A stretch of 64,000 bases of DNA, from assembly GCF_009914755.1 (NCBI RefSeq), contig NC_060945.1, one strand, 5' to 3'. A program made the translations under genes and the position numbers. This document shows, piece after piece, positions 29,761 to 45,748 of the stretch; position 1 is the first letter of the stretch; every line of letters begins with the position of its first letter. The notes under the pieces were generated by a model, which was not told where the DNA came from, did not search any database, and saw only the letters and a program-made list of their open reading frames with translations. Source of the stretch: the human T2T-CHM13v2.0 reference genome, Homo sapiens.

Positions 29761-32700
29761 TCTCAAAGCAGCTCATTCCTTGCCTACCTCAGGTAGCAAC
29801 AAGCTTAAAATAAAAGAAAGAAAACTGTATCTATGGTTCTTTGCAAGTGTAGGGAGTGGAGGGAGACCTTCTCACTATGGAAAAATATTTCAAGGTATAT
29901 AACATTTCATATTGGATGATGCAGACCGCATGAAATCATTGTGCTCCTTAAACAATCCCTGAAGGTCCAACCATACCAGCAAATGCTGCAATATAAATAA
30001 TATTCACAAAGACAGGTGAGAGCTATTGCCTTACCAGGGGCTGGACTCATGGCTGTTAGAATGAGCAGCAATGAGTATTCTATTCACTCACTTTGGCTTT
30101 AAATAAGAAGCCAATTTTACGCTTAAAAATCGCTGAGTGCATAAACACAAACATATAGAAATCTGGAGGGAGGCTAAATTTTACACAGTCTACCCACCTG
30201 CTGTTTGAAATAAGAGTGCTATAGTTAATGTAAATTACGTGCAAAGAATGCAGATTGAGAAGATTAGAGAACCATCAACTTAGTTTGATCAAATGATACA
30301 ATGTGCTTGAAAGTAATTTAATACAACCATAGAGCATTTCAATGTTTCTTTCTTTGGAAGGGGACTTTTTAAAATTTTATCAGTTTCATACTATGATTTA
30401 TCCTTCTCTCCAGGGTTGTTCATACTGTGGAGTTTTTCTACAGGTTAGCGTAAGCTTGAGCAGTGTCAGTGACAGGATGTCTCCCCACTGGTGCATGATG
30501 ATTTCTCCTACAGTGTCCCACATAGCATCAGGTATGTTCACTCAATACATACTTGCTCACTGCAAATATTTAGAGAAGTGTATTACCACATTGCTGTTAT
30601 CGGAAATTTCTCGTTGCAAAAATTAGAAGATTGCTAACTACAAAAATCTCATTTTGAGTATGGTATGTTGACACAATTTGCACAGACTAGGCATTAGAAT
30701 GTGACTCTGGGTCATCTCACACGCCAGGAAGTTTGGCTAGCCCCTTCTTTCTTCCCAGAGAGAAAGCACCTCTCCAAGGGGGAAGCAGATGTGAAAAAGA
30801 GCATGGAGTTCGGGCTGTGGGAACCACGCCGGTGAAATACCCACCTGAGGCTGAGTCTTCATAAGGTAGTTGCCTTGACCAGTCTTTTCAAAAGTCATTT
30901 CTTATTTCCTTCATTATCTCCATGGTTATTCTACATATCCTCGTCTGGCATCCAACACACATCTTAAATCTCATATTCAAATATTGGGTAAATGAGAGGA
31001 ATTCCTTTATTTTAATCCTCAGTACTTCCTGAACATGCAAACCTATTAGTACTATAAAAATTAATGCCTATAAGTGATATTTATGTACAGGTATTAAGAA
31101 TAATAATCATGTATTATTCTAGTGTGGGTTAAAGATAAACAGTGTTTGATAAATATTTGGAAAAATCTAAGAGCAATAAAACAAGCCTCAAATAGTCAGA
31201 TCAGAGGTTCATCTATAGGCCACACTCTTCCTAAAATGATATGTATTTTTTAAATAGTTATAGGATGAGAGTGGATTAGAAAATGGTACTCCTGTAAAGC
31301 ATATATTTTCAACGATTTCCTAAGAAACTAACCAACACGACGTAGAAAGTAATAATCACATGAATTTATTGTAAGTATCCTTCGAGGTCAGAAAGAAGGG
31401 TAGAACACAAGTTCTTGTAACACTGGAATTGGAATTCCAGGATGGGGAATGTGTTATGTATCTCAGACGCAGAAGGGAAAGAAGCCACCACGTACAGAAC
31501 GGTGAAGCCTCTGGGTCTACTCCCAAACACGAGCATTTCCCCCAGGTCCTGCCAAGCTCTGCAAGATGCTATTGAAGAGATGCTTCCCATAAAGGACCAA
31601 AGAGCAGTAGTACAGTGAATATAACCTCAGAAGCAATGTCCACAACTCAGTGAAATTTTTCAAAGCATGACACAGCTTGGCCAGAGCTCCTTAGGAAGCC
31701 ACAAGGTCAACTGTTAATCATGAAAAAAATTTTAACACATTCAAAAGATATAATAAAATTTACAATTCAACCCCCAAATCAAGTACTAAAAAGATCAATG
31801 AGCTGATACACATGTACAGAATTATTAGTGCATGTTAGATATCAGGCAAATTTTGCTTCCTTGACATCAAGTGTAAGCCCATATTTAATGCACGCAGCTC
31901 CAAAGGCTGGTTCCCTAATATCGGCTCCAAATTGAGACCACAAAGTCTTCTTGGATGAAAGATTTAGAATGCCCTCAAATCTAAAGAGTGCAGACTTAAA
32001 GGTATACTGCCAAAGAAAGGTAATGATTTCTCAGTCTCTCCCACTTCAAAGCCATACCCAAAGGCTCTGGCACCTTCCCCTTCATCATCCAGGAATCTCC
32101 AGATCCACGTGCATGACCTCTGATGCGGAGCAGCACTCAATCCATAACAGCTCCACGAACAGGGAATACATGGATGAGTCTTCATTAAGATTTAAACATG
32201 AAAAGACATGTTCCCAGCCCTTTTGTGAGCTTGTGCTTTGGAGGAGAAAATACAACGAAAATTCTAGAAAGCCACTTTACTAAATGTATATGTTTTTATA
32301 GGCATATTTTTTTAAAATCAAGGTAATAGGAAATCCATATTATCATTTTATAAAACTTTAACTTACATTTTTTTCTGACTACAAGTATAGGCACAGTGTG
32401 AAAAATCTGAAAAATAAAAACTAGAAAGAATAAAATATAAATCCCACATAATTCCATTACCAAGGATGAACAGCTGAACACCAGAGCTGACCATTATTAA
32501 CATGTTTGCATATATCCGTCTATGCTTTTTTCTACATATATATAGTATTTAGATAATTGAGATTAAACTGTTATTTAAATAGCTTTCCATTCAGCTTATT
32601 TTATTTGATCCTTTTATGAGATTCATGTGCTCAATGAATATTGTATGAATGTTGCTAAATTATGAGTGGCTACCTGTCATTTGAATGCTTTAATACATCA

Positions 32701-33049
32701 TTTTAATACTGTGTAATAATCCATTGGATGGGTATATAATAATTGGATTAGCCTATCTGTTCTTGAGTGTTTCTAATATTTCACCATTATAATTAAAATA
32801 AGTTTCCAAATAGATATTTTTCTGCATTTCTAATTATTTCTTTAATACAGTTCTCTCAAGGAAAGTTTCTGTGGTCAAATCTATACTTTTTCTTAAAGAA
32901 AGACATCAAACTGATAAATTCATGGAATAGTCAAGGCAGTTGTTGGGTGGTTTAATGCAATGACAATCTTGTGGGGGTCTAAATACAGCAGTGAATTCAC
33001 ACTTATCTACTTCACCTAGAATATGAAGATGAGGCGAGATAAAGATAAG

Positions 33050-33225
33050 AACAATGATCTTTATTGCTTACTACAGTCCAGGCATTTTTCATATTACTTC
33101 ATTTAATTCCCCTAACCCTTTTTATTAGTTGAATGAGAGGTCTGAGTTTCAGCAAGATTGCATAGGTTGAGGACCAAGGTCATACAATCTAGGCTTGCCT
33201 GACTCCCAATGCCACATTCTTTCTT
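33050..33225 (-). mobile_element. MIR fragment
   Basis: ccaggcatttttcatattacttcatttaattccc ... ccaaggtcatacaatctagg. Confidence 0.55.
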
Positions 33226-35463
33226 CCACATCAGACCAGATGGCTTTTATACAGTCAGGATGAAAAATAATAGAATATGAACCTGCACTCAACAGGCTGT
33301 CAGAGTCTCTCAAGTCTCCATACATACACAATGCATCTGACTGCGTTTTAACCGCTTCCAGAGCCCTGGCAGCTATGTCTGGGAATGCAGCTTTTTGCTT
33401 CCCTGAGTCTTCAACCAAGGCAGGTAAACCAGAAAGAAGTGGAAATGCAATATTGAGCCACACAAACCCTGCACAGAAGTATTTACAGAAGAGTGAGAAA
33501 ATTCTTCCTAGCAGGGCCAAGCTATCTTTTCCCTAGAGGGAGCCTTGATCTTGGGCTGAGGTTTTGGATAATGGATGAATATCACCTGGAAGACAGGGGA
33601 GAGGGAGATTTTCAACACTGAGAACTGTAGAACCGAAGGCATACCAGTTCAGACTTGGATCCTTTGTGTGTAATTGGGGAGTACTAAGAGAGATTAGGAT
33701 AGAAATACAGACAGTCTTAGATGGCAGAGGGGTTTAAAACTTTAATCCCAGGATCTTTACTGTATGTTAAATATTTCCCAAGGGAACTCTAAGGAAAATT
33801 TATAAGGAAGTAAAGGTAGAATTAGGTAATTTTTACATGGTTAATTTGAGTGGTCAAACAATGTCGTTTGATACAAATATACTGTGTTCAGTCAGTGTAA
33901 TTGACGAAAAACATTGGCAAGATTGTTATGAAAATTCTAACTTCAATAAGAAATGATAGCATTGTATTTTAACTTCTTCCTCCCTTTCCTCTCTTGGCTG
34001 GTTCCAAAAATAATTTGATGTGGTGCAGTATTTTTAACTTGAGAAGAGACTATTAGGGGGCATTCTTTATTTTATTTTATTTTTATTTTAATGAAAGAAA
34101 ATGAAAGTCAAATTTAAAGACAAGAAATTTCTGCCTTCAAAGGTCAGGTCTATTTTTACTTTCCTTCTGTATTTTTTTTTTTCTTTTAGATCAAAAATTT
34201 GAGTCTCTTTGGTATCCAGCTGTAAAATGACGCATGTTTTTTTTCCTACCTGGAGACTGTAACATTTTCCTATATTTTAGGCTAAAAGGGTTGAGAGCAA
34301 TTTGTAAATTCATTCTTTTAGGAATACTAAAATTAGTTACAATTGACTTATGAATATAATTTGGAGATTTGGGTGTAGATTCCATAGTTGCCTTCGCAAG
34401 GAATGTATCTTTGATTTCTTTTTTTTTCTTAAATCACAAAACTTAAAAAAAAATCAGAAATACTGAGACCTTGCTATTGGTTTTGTTTTCTCTTTATATT
34501 CATGAACACAAAGAAAATGGGCATTAAAGCAATTTTATAAAAAAGAATCACTTTCCATGGACAAAGTCTATTAAAGATTTTTTAGTGTTCACAGTTCATT
34601 TTAAATTTATTTTCTATTTGGCCCTGGAGTCCTCTCAGGGAATGGATTGGGGAGAAAGACATTGGCATTCACACAGTGACAGTGTGACCTGATCATTTAT
34701 TTGCCAAGCCTTATTAAAGCCCCTGAAATCACTCCCTGCCACGGCCCTCACAGCCCATCAGCCATCAGTTCGGAATGTCAAATCTGATTACAGTGTTCTC
34801 CTGCAGCCTCTTCCAAGCCTTCAGCAACAGAAAGCTGACTTTATGCCTGTGCCTACGGAAGCGGGTCCCATGGAGGCTCCAACTCAGGGCAGCTCATTTT
34901 GCTTCTGAACCGCCGACAGGGTTCCTAAATCGAGATGACATTTACCATTTTATATTTTAATTCACTAGAGAGATTTTGTTTACTTCCTCTTCCTTGCTAC
35001 TATGTCTCACCAAAAGATAAATTCAAATTCCAAAATAGTATATTTAGTTCACAAAAATATGCTAAAATAATGTTTAAATGCCATGCAATTGCACAAGAAA
35101 ACTTCACTGATTGTCAACCATAACGGGTACCAGAGAAAAGGGATTCTTCACCATCACGCCAACTTCTGAGAAAATCCTAACTTTAGGAATTAGCCAAATT
35201 CAGTTAGATTGGATTTAGGGCTCGTTAATATCTACTGTAATGGGAACGGTTTCCCAACACAAGGAGGCTGTTGGTTTGTTGTGGAAGTTTCAGCTCAGTA
35301 ATGGAGGGTGAGCAGGTGAAGAATATTTCAGATGGGGGGCAACTCACAGTACACACGTGCAGTGTTCCTGAGCTGGGTGCCCACCAGGAACGGAACACTT
35401 AACTGGAAATGGTTGTGGCCACTGGTCTGTGAGGAAAATACTGGAGAATGCAGGCCCCTAAAA

Positions 35464-35590
35464 CACTGCTACCACTACTACTACCGTTATTACCCCTACT
35501 ACTGCCACTGCTGCTACTACTACTACTACTACTACCACCACTCCTACCACAACTACTACCACTACCACCATCTACCACAGCTACTACAAC
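35464..35590. repeat. (CTA/CCA)n degenerate trinucleotide repeat, left part
   Basis: Seen directly. Confidence 0.9.
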
Positions 35591-36513
35591 TGATGCTGGC
35601 CCAACTGTCCTATAGAATTAATGTTTATAGTTTCTTTTGAATAAACATAGAAATTGACCCTCCCAGTCTTACAACTTGACAAAATTACATTTGTCTTATC
35701 TAAGTCCTTTTCTTAGGAAACTAACCATGAGGGCCTCCCAGATAACATCAAAGAACTGAAACTTCCCAGATCACCACATCTAGACAGTGAGGTACCAGAC
35801 CCTCACCTATCATGATTGCCTAACTGACCACCTGCTTCCTATTGACAAACTCCTTTTCCTTACCCTTCCCTAATTCCTGTTTTCCCACACATGGTTACAT
35901 TGCTTTCATCCTATAAAAACCCCAATTTTAATCAATCTGAGAGATGGATTTGAGACTGATCTTCTATCTCCTTGGCTGCAGCACCAGAATAGTCTTCTTC
36001 ACTGGCAATAATCATTGTCTCAGTGATATAGTTTGAATCTGTGTCCCTGCCAAATCTCATGTTGAGATGTGATCCCGTGTTGGAGGTGGGGCCTGGTGGG
36101 AGGTGATTGGATCATGAGGGTCACTCCCTCATGAAGGGCTTCGGCCATCTCCTTGGTGACGAGTGTGCTCTTGCTCTGAGTTCACACGAGATCTTGTCAT
36201 TTAAAAGTGTGTGGCAACTCCCTCTCACTCTCTCCCTTGCTCCTGCTTTCACCGTGTGACATGCCTGTTCCCCCTTTGCCTTCCACCATGATGAGAAGCT
36301 TCCTGAGGCCTCCCAGAAGCTGAGCAGATGCCCAATGCCATGCTTCCCGTACAGCCTACAGAACTGTGAGCCAATTAAACCTCTTTTCTTTCTAAATTAC
36401 CCAGTCTCAGGTATTTCTTTATAGCAATTCAAGAACAGCCTAAAACACTCAGTGATTGGCATTCATGTGGCGAGCAGTAGGACCTAGACTGAACCCCTAG
36501 TGTTTTGGCAACA
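35591..36513 (+). mobile_element. MER39-type ERV1 solo LTR, interrupted by an MST LTR
   Basis: gaataaacatagaaattgaccctcccagtctt ... ggacctagactgaacccctagtgttttggcaaca; TG...CA ends. Confidence 0.82.
36024..36447 (+). mobile_element. MSTA/MSTB MaLR solo LTR
   Basis: tgatatagtttgaatctgtgtccc ... cagcctaaaaca; 5-bp TSD ctcag (36019-36023 / 36448-36452). Confidence 0.9.
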
Positions 36514-36820
36514 CTACCAATACTACTGTTACCACTGCTGCTACCACTATTACTATTGGCGGTACTACTACTACCACTATTACCACTACTGCTACTATCA
36601 CTAATACTACCACCACTACTATGCTACTACTATTACCAATACTGCTACCACCCCTACTATCATCACTACTACCACTAATACTACCACCACCACTACTACC
36701 ACTACCAGTACTTCTACTGCCACTACTTTTACTATTATTGCTATACCATTATTACCACCACCATTACTACTGCAACAATTACCACCACCACCACTACTGC
36801 CACTAGTTCTACCACTACTC
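36514..36820. repeat. (CTA/CCA)n degenerate trinucleotide repeat, right part
   Basis: Seen directly. Confidence 0.9.
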
Positions 36821-37424
36821 TAAGAGCACCCGGAGCATTACTCCTTGTCAACTTACACTTTTGAGAGTAAGCTTGTAGTTTAGGAGGCTGTGCTGCACAC
36901 AGTACCTCATTAAGGATGTTTGGATTCTGCTGGCTATTGCTGAAAAAACTTACCTAAATTCCCTGGTCCTGGGCCTGTCTACAAACTACGGAATCTTCAT
37001 GCTCTGGGCACTTATACACTCTTAGGGGACATGTCACTTTGATTCAGACATTTTAAGAAGTGACCCAATGTTAATGGTTCCTCAGTTATTCTGAGCATCC
37101 TGAAGTTCAAGGTCCCCTTAAACATGACCTTGTCCCAGATCCTAACCTACAGCCCGGATCCCTTTTGCAGTTGACTCCAAATGGTTCCCAACAGACCTTG
37201 CAGTTTTCTCCCCTGTGCTCACTCACACCATTCATTTCCTCTTCCTAAAATGTCAAAATACCCCCAATTCCCTATCCCATGTTTAAAATAATAAATAACT
37301 TGCTTGCTGTCACACAGATACAAAATGATTGGAGCTGGACTTAAAATTAGCCTCTAGGGCTCTACAGTCCCAACACCCTTGCTCTGTCTGCTCCGCTAAC
37401 TTTGGAATTATGCATACACACTGA

Positions 37425-37735
<311 letters not shown>

Positions 37736-37821
37736 TAAGAAGAGGCAATATTGTTTTCTTTGTATCTCCCATGTAAGTACTTGTTGCTTGAGGAATGAAT
37801 GATTCAGCCAAATTGGGGTCC

Positions 37822-38145
37822 AGACCAGGTGCAGTCACTTACACATGTAATCCCAGCATTTTAGTAGGCTAAGGCAGGCAAGTAGCTTGAGCCTACAAGT
37901 TTGAGACCAGCCTGAGCAACATAGCCAGACCTTGACTCTACAAAAATAGAAAACTTAGCTGGGTGTGATGGCACATGCCTGTGGTCTCAGCTACTTGGGA
38001 GGCTGAGGCAGGAAGACTGCTTGAAACTGGGAGGTCAAGGCTGCAGAGAGCTATGACTGTGCCACTGCACTTCAGCCTGGGTGACAGAGGAAGACCCTGT
38101 CTCACAAAACAAAACAAAACAAAACAAAACAAAACAAAACAAAAC
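37822..38145 (+). mobile_element. Alu (AluJ-like) with (CAAAA)n tail
   Basis: Diverged full Alu. Confidence 0.9.
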
Positions 38146-38952
38146 ATAGGAGTCCAAAGATTCCATCTACAAATAGCTATTTCACATTGATTTTGAGAGT
38201 ATGGGTGGAAAAGGGTTTCTATATTGGAAGCTGAGTCACTTCTAGTTCCTAAATATCTTTAGAGTTCTTTAGGAAATCCACCTACTTAAACTGGAGAGCC
38301 TGGATTGTCAATTCCTGTGTGCATGCTATCTGATTTTATAAAAGTCTTTATATTTCGCTGTGTTTCAGAAAGATATTTGAGATAATATCCATCAAAATTC
38401 AGAATTCTAAACGTATCTTCTCTGCATGTGCCTAGATTGGACCAACTTCCTAAATCTCTGAGGTCAAGCATCATATTAATTTAGTTACTGCCTAGCAATG
38501 TGCTCAGCAAAAAATGCTGCCACGGTTTCTGTTAGAAGCTGCTTATTCATTCATTCATTCATTTTTATTTAACAAGAATTTATATAAACTTAGTAGTGAC
38601 AAGTATGCCTTAAGTGCATTATAAACGTTGACTCACATAAACCTCACACTGCCCTTAAGAGGTACGTAAAATAATTATATCCATTCCTTTTTGTTTTTTG
38701 TCTGATGTAGCAAGTAAAACAAAGTAACAAAGCAATGTTGCTGCTTTTTTCTCCTGTCCCTGGATTTCCCAGTTCCAGGGAACATATTTCTAAATTTTAC
38801 CCATATGTGGAATGGATTCTTCAACAGGATTTTTAACAGAATCCTAGAGGAAAAACAGCCACAGGGAATCTGTGTTTGAAGCAGGTGTCATGGTCAGCAT
38901 TCCCCAGACTCAACCTTTCTCCCTGTTCCGGGAGCACCTTCCTCCCGTGCAG

Positions 38953-40480
38953 CAGGTCTCAGGGCCCCTTTACACTTTTCCAAATTATTGGAGACCATAA
39001 AGAGGTTTCATTATGTGATTTGTAGCTATTTATATTTAGTGTGGTAGAAATCTTAAAAGATTTTAAAATATGTATTTATTTTAAAAATGAAATAGTAACC
39101 CCATTACATTATTTAAAAATATTTTAATGAAAACATTGTATTTTCCAAAACAAAAAAATAGCTAGAAGAGTAATATTGTTTATATTTTCATAAATCTTTT
39201 TAACGTCTACCCTAATAGAATGCTCAATTCTCATATCTGCATCTGCATTCAGGCTTTACAGAGATATGTAGATGGAAAATAAAGGAGTGTTTTAATAGTC
39301 TTTGTAAGTAATTGTGAATATTCTACTGAGGTAAGTTTTTTTTCTTTCTTTCTTTTTAGACAGGGTCTGGGTTTCTTGCCTAGGCTGGAAGGCAGTGGCA
39401 TGAGCACCCAGCTAATTTAAAAACTTTTGTTGTAGAGACAAGGTCTTGCTATGTTGCTTAGGCTGGTTTTGAACTCCTAGCCTCAAGCAATCCTTCTGCC
39501 TTGGCCTCCCAAAGCTTTGGGATTACAGGCATGAGCCGCTGTGCCTGGCCTTCTGGGGTAATTTCTTAAAGGTTAGTTGGAATGGTATTTTCATACTCTG
39601 TTATGTTAAAATTGATTGCCCTATCTTGAGCTTTAAATGGATCTATTACTAATGCATGACTTTTGTAACATCATGCATTAGTCATTTATAGTTCACTGAG
39701 TTATGCAGATCTTTCAAATGTTGACAGGTTTCAATATATAACACTAAAAAATCATATTTGTTAATATAATCACTGATCTCATCACAAAAGTTCTTTAAAT
39801 ATTGGGAGGCTGTCAAGTACATAATGGTGGATACAGTTTTTCCACAATTTGAATTTTTGTTTGAAAAATTTTACCATTGAATCAAATACTGTTGGTTATT
39901 TTCCTTGAAGTAACAGGATCACCTTGGTTCATACTTTGAGAAAATAACTGTCATCTGTAGTCCAAATTACCATAGTTTTCTGTCCCTTGTTCCGCTAAGT
40001 AAAAGTAACAGTAACAGGAAAAGTAACTTTTTTAAAGTTCTATTAAGAAAAGGATTATTTCAGCTTGCAGCTCAACCACTCAAATGCTTTTCCTCAAAAT
40101 AACCACACTTTATGGGAATACATTTCCTGTTTCCTCACAGAGGCTATTAAAAAGTCATATACTCAAGGGTTGAGATAAAATAAAACTAATAATTATATGG
40201 CTGCATAAAGGATATTCTCAATAAAATTGGATTTTTTTTTCTGTTAGTGTGTAGCAGTGAAGAATATAGTACACTATTTACACAAAACAAGTATAATTGG
40301 ATCCCGCAGCCTTGACACCTGCTGAGACACCAGCAATTTTATCCACCATTGCAGATGTCAAAACAACAAAGAAAGTGAATGATATCTCAATATTATCTTG
40401 AAAGTAGTTTTGACCTTGCAAATCCCTAAAGGGTCTTGGAGACCATCAAGCGTGCAGGGACCACTCCTTGAGGACTGTTG
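38953..40480. mobile_element. Charlie1-type hAT DNA transposon remnant
   Basis: ggtctcagggcccctttacacttttccaaattattggagacc at the left end; gtagttttgaccttgcaaatccctaaagggtc ... gaccactccttgaggactgttg at the right end. Confidence 0.78.
39336..39550 (-). mobile_element. Old partial Alu (AluJ with deletion) inside Charlie1
   Basis: Antisense Alu left arm plus a remnant of the right arm. Confidence 0.8.
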
Positions 40481-40839
40481 CACTTTGGCATTGTGATTTA
40501 AAATGTGCTGCAGATGGGATAATCATATGTTACAAAGGATATAAGGAGAGTAGACAGGGATGGTATTCTTACAGCCATGTTCCCACCAGGGTCAAGAGAA
40601 CAGCACAAAGCCCAGCCCAAGCCAGGGCCTTCCAAAGGGGCCCCATGTTCCCCTCTGGAGGCTGCTGACCTGGAGACCTGCCATGGGCCCGTCTTGCCAG
40701 CTCTCCTTCCTCTTTCTCCAGAAGTCGGCCCAGCCTTGCTAGCTATATTTTACACCCAACTGAGCAGAGCAACACTGGACAATAATCAAATGTTTCCCCC
40801 TTTTAAGTTCCCCGTGTGGTTGACAGGGAACATTTATGA

Positions 40840-41200
<361 letters not shown>

Positions 41201-42076
41201 TAAAATATATTATTTTTAAGACAAATGGTATTAGATTCCTAAGAAGAAGCTAAGCTAAGAGTTTTTACCTCTCAGATCATTAGAACAAGTATCTGCCTAG
41301 GGAAAAAGTAAAGTTCTAGAGATCTTAAATGTGAAATTATTTCTAAATGGAGAAATAATGATTTTTTCCACGGGGAGTAAACTATCTATATATTTCCAAG
41401 TGATACTGCTTTTCTTTACCTAAAGTTAGGCAGACTGTGGCTCCTTGTAGATAAACAGGATTAAAAAAAATGGCACTTAACTCAAAATTGACATTGTCTT
41501 TTTTATTTGTTTTTTTTTTTTAATTTATTGAGAGGAAGATTTAACAACAATTTCTTGAAGGAAAAATTCAATTGATTCTGAGATACATTTTAATTTTAGG
41601 TTTAGGAAGTCAGGTTCTCATTATACTAACCATTTTTTGACCTTTCAAAATACAAAGTTTTAAGGCTTAATTTTAATGACATATCAAAACTCAGAGTAAG
41701 GCAATAGCTATCAATAAATTATTTCTTTGTATTACTTAAGAGAGACAAGTACAGGAAAAAATGAATTAACACAATTGAGAAAATTTGGAAGCAAGATTAT
41801 ACCCCCCCACCCCATAATTCATAGTAATTCCCTATTCTGGCTCATTTAACTATTTCCCAATATCCTTCACTAGACACTGAAAGCAGGCACTTCCAATAAC
41901 ATGCCAACCTTGTATCATTTCTATCAAGCACCAAAGCTGACATCATGTGTGCTTAACACGCTCAATGATGTGGAATGATTAGAAAGGACATAATTATTAA
42001 AAGCATCACTATATATTTCCAGTGATCCCTTGAAATATTAAAAAGGAAAAGGTATCAATGAACTAGCATACTTTAA

Positions 42077-42274
<198 letters not shown>

Positions 42275-42460
42275 TAAATCTATTTTACAAAGAATAAATT
42301 AAAGACAATGCCCAGTGGAATTTTCTTTGGAAACCTTAAAATCAGACTTGTGGTTTAACAAACTATGCCTTATACAGCCGATTTCTTACATGGGTGGTTT
42401 GGCAGGCTAATCATTGTCATCAACACACATGCTTACATACATGTATGCAAGCATGCATGT

Positions 42461-42461
<1 letters not shown>

Positions 42462-42492
<31 letters not shown>
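42462..42492. repeat. (CA)n microsatellite
   Basis: Seen directly. Confidence 0.9.
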
Positions 42493-42495
<3 letters not shown>

Positions 42496-44545
42496 ACACA
42501 TGCCCTTCTCTCTGTAGAGCCATAAATTTCACCATGAGGCTACCAATGACAAAATCACAAAAGAAGATAGTTGAGCCTAAAATGTGATAGAAGGCCCTAG
42601 ACTTGAATGGCTGATGAGGACATTATGCTCATTAATAAAGCTTGAGTATTGAATGTGCCTGTGACAAGCATACAGCAGTTAAGTTTTAAGTGTTCAGAAC
42701 ATTTGATGAAGAAAATATCTTAGAAAATAATATGAAAATCAGGCATGTCTGTTTCCAAATCATTCATCATCATCATGATCACCATCATGGCTACAACTTA
42801 CTGAACTACCTGTTCAGCATTGTGCCAAGAAACTGACATAGATTATCTATGTTAATTCCCTTTTTAACATAAATGAGAAAGCCCTGAGATGGACTGCTGT
42901 GTCCCTTGCTGACTCTCTTATTTCTCTCTTATTTCAGACCTATAGCTTACACTTTTCCTGTCTTCTGTGAACACAAGTTCATGATACTGCATTTAACAAT
43001 TGCCTCAATAAAGGTTAACTTCAAAGGGATTCATCTATGGTACAAACAAAATGCTGCTACGAGGCACTTTACATTTGCAAAATGTTCTGGAAATGTACAT
43101 AAATAGCAAAGTGAAACAGTTAAGATACTGTTTCAGATTCTGTGAACCAAGAGGCGGTTGGAGATCTCTTAGATCAAAGATTTTAGAGGAATTTTGGACA
43201 ATTTTGCAAGTGATTTCCTAAGATCCAGTCTCTTGACTAGTTATAAACAATTGTGTGTTCACTGGGCCTCTTGAGGGCAGAAGAGCAAACATTAAGCACA
43301 AGGCTAAAAGGGTTTCCTTGGAAACCTGGTGTTTCTTTAATACAGCACAAGTCCCTTAACACGTCACAGATTTTCCAGGCTCCTCCTGTGTGTCTCTGAA
43401 AAACCTGCTCTTTGAATTGCACTTAAATAAACACAGGGAATAATTCCACTTTTAGATATCCTCTCCGGAAAGTTCTATCATTGCCAACACTCCATTTAAC
43501 ACATAGGGCTTGTCATACACCAGGCTCCAGGCCAGGGGTTGGATATAGAATAGTGAGTGGAGGAAGGCGTGGTCCCTCCTTGACTGGAGCTCACTGTGCT
43601 GTCATCCTCTAGGAAAGTCTCCTCAGTTTGCACTCCTGGCACTGTTTGCTTCAAATTCATTTCCATTTTGATTCAATGGATGGATCATCTTTCCTAAAAT
43701 GACTGATATTCATGAGGTCAGCAGGCACACCCAGTAACAGACCTAGGCAATAGATTCTAGGATCTCAGAGACATATGAAATAATTTAGTGTGGTTACAGC
43801 AAGGCTTTTAATTTGCTTCAGTACAAAATATGTATTATTCAAGTTGAGCTATTTTGGTTTTTCAACTGGGCAGCTGGCTCCCGTATAACAGAAGCCATGA
43901 AGTATGGGAGATGCAAAGGTGAATGGGACATAGCCCATGGCCCCCAGGAACTGAGAATCTAGTGGCGTATATTGTCTAGTAAAAATAATAATTTTCATAC
44001 TGAGTGATGCTTATGTTCTGAAAGCACTGAGCAGAGGTAGACCCTGGGAAAATGTAACAGGGTCTTTCATGCATTAAACTGGGATCAGAGCAGCCATCTT
44101 ACCATATTATCCCTCTGAGACCTTGTGTATATAATATCTATGCATGCACTTAGGAGTTGAGCAATTTATCAAGACCTAGCATTATATCCACTGGTGCAAT
44201 TTTGGGGGTAAGCATTAGTGATATATGCTAAAAGTGGTCCCCAGTAGAAAAGCCACATGGCATTGGTCTGGGCAAATAATTTTTGTGTATTTGACCCGAA
44301 AAGCACAGGCAATAAAGGGAACATAGTGAAATGGATGATATCAAACTAAAAAGCTTCTGCACAGCAAAGGAAATAACCAACAGCATGAAGAGACAACCTA
44401 CAAAATGAAAGGAAATATTTGCAAATCATATATCTGATAATATCCAAAATACATAAGAGACTCAATACAATAACAAGAAAGCAAATAATCTAATTAAAAA
44501 ATGGGGACTGGACTTGAATACTTGTTTTATAAAAGATGATATATA

Positions 44546-44839
44546 GCCGGGCACAGTGGCTCATGCCTGTAATCCCAGCATTTTGAAAGGCCAAGGCAGG
44601 TGGATCACTTGAGGTCAGGAGTTCAAGACCAGCCTGGCTAACACAGCGAAACCCCGTCTCTACTAAAAATACAAAATTTAGCTGGGTGTGGTGGCGTGCA
44701 CCTGTAATCCCAGTTACTCAAGAGGGCAAGGCATGAGAATCGCTTGATCCTGGGAGGGAGCAGTTGCAGCGAGCCGAGATTGCACCACTGCACTCCAGCC
44801 TGTGCAACAGAGTGAGACTCTGTCTCAACAACAACAAAG
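44546..44839 (+). mobile_element. Alu (AluSx-like)
   Basis: TSD aaagatgatatata (44532-44545 / 44840-44853). Confidence 0.93.
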
Positions 44840-45295
44840 AAAGATGATATATAAATGGCCAAGGGGTATATGATAAAATGCTCAACATTGCTGATCATCA
44901 GGGAAGTGCAATTTAAAACCGCAATAACGTATCACCTCATACCTGTTATAATGACTATTTTCAATAAGATGAAAGAAAACAAGAGTTGGTGAGAATGTAG
45001 AGAAAAGGGAACCCCTATGAACTGTTGGTGGAGAACATAAGCTAGGACAGTCACTATGGAAAATGGTATGGAAGCTCCTCAAAAAACTAAAAATAGAACT
45101 ACCATATGATCCAGCAGTCCCACTAGTTGGTATTTATCCAAAGGAAATGATATCAATATTTGAAGAGACAGCTACACTCCCATATTCACTGCAGCATTAT
45201 TCACAATAGCCAAGATACAGAATCAACCTGTGTCCACCAAAGCATTAATGAATAAAGAAAATATGTATAAACCATGAAATACAACTCAGCCTTAA

Positions 45296-45748
<453 letters not shown>

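Noticed and set aside
35332-36806. Tyr/His-rich and Leu/Pro-rich ORFs
   Set aside because: Read-through of (CTA/CCA)n low-complexity repeats.
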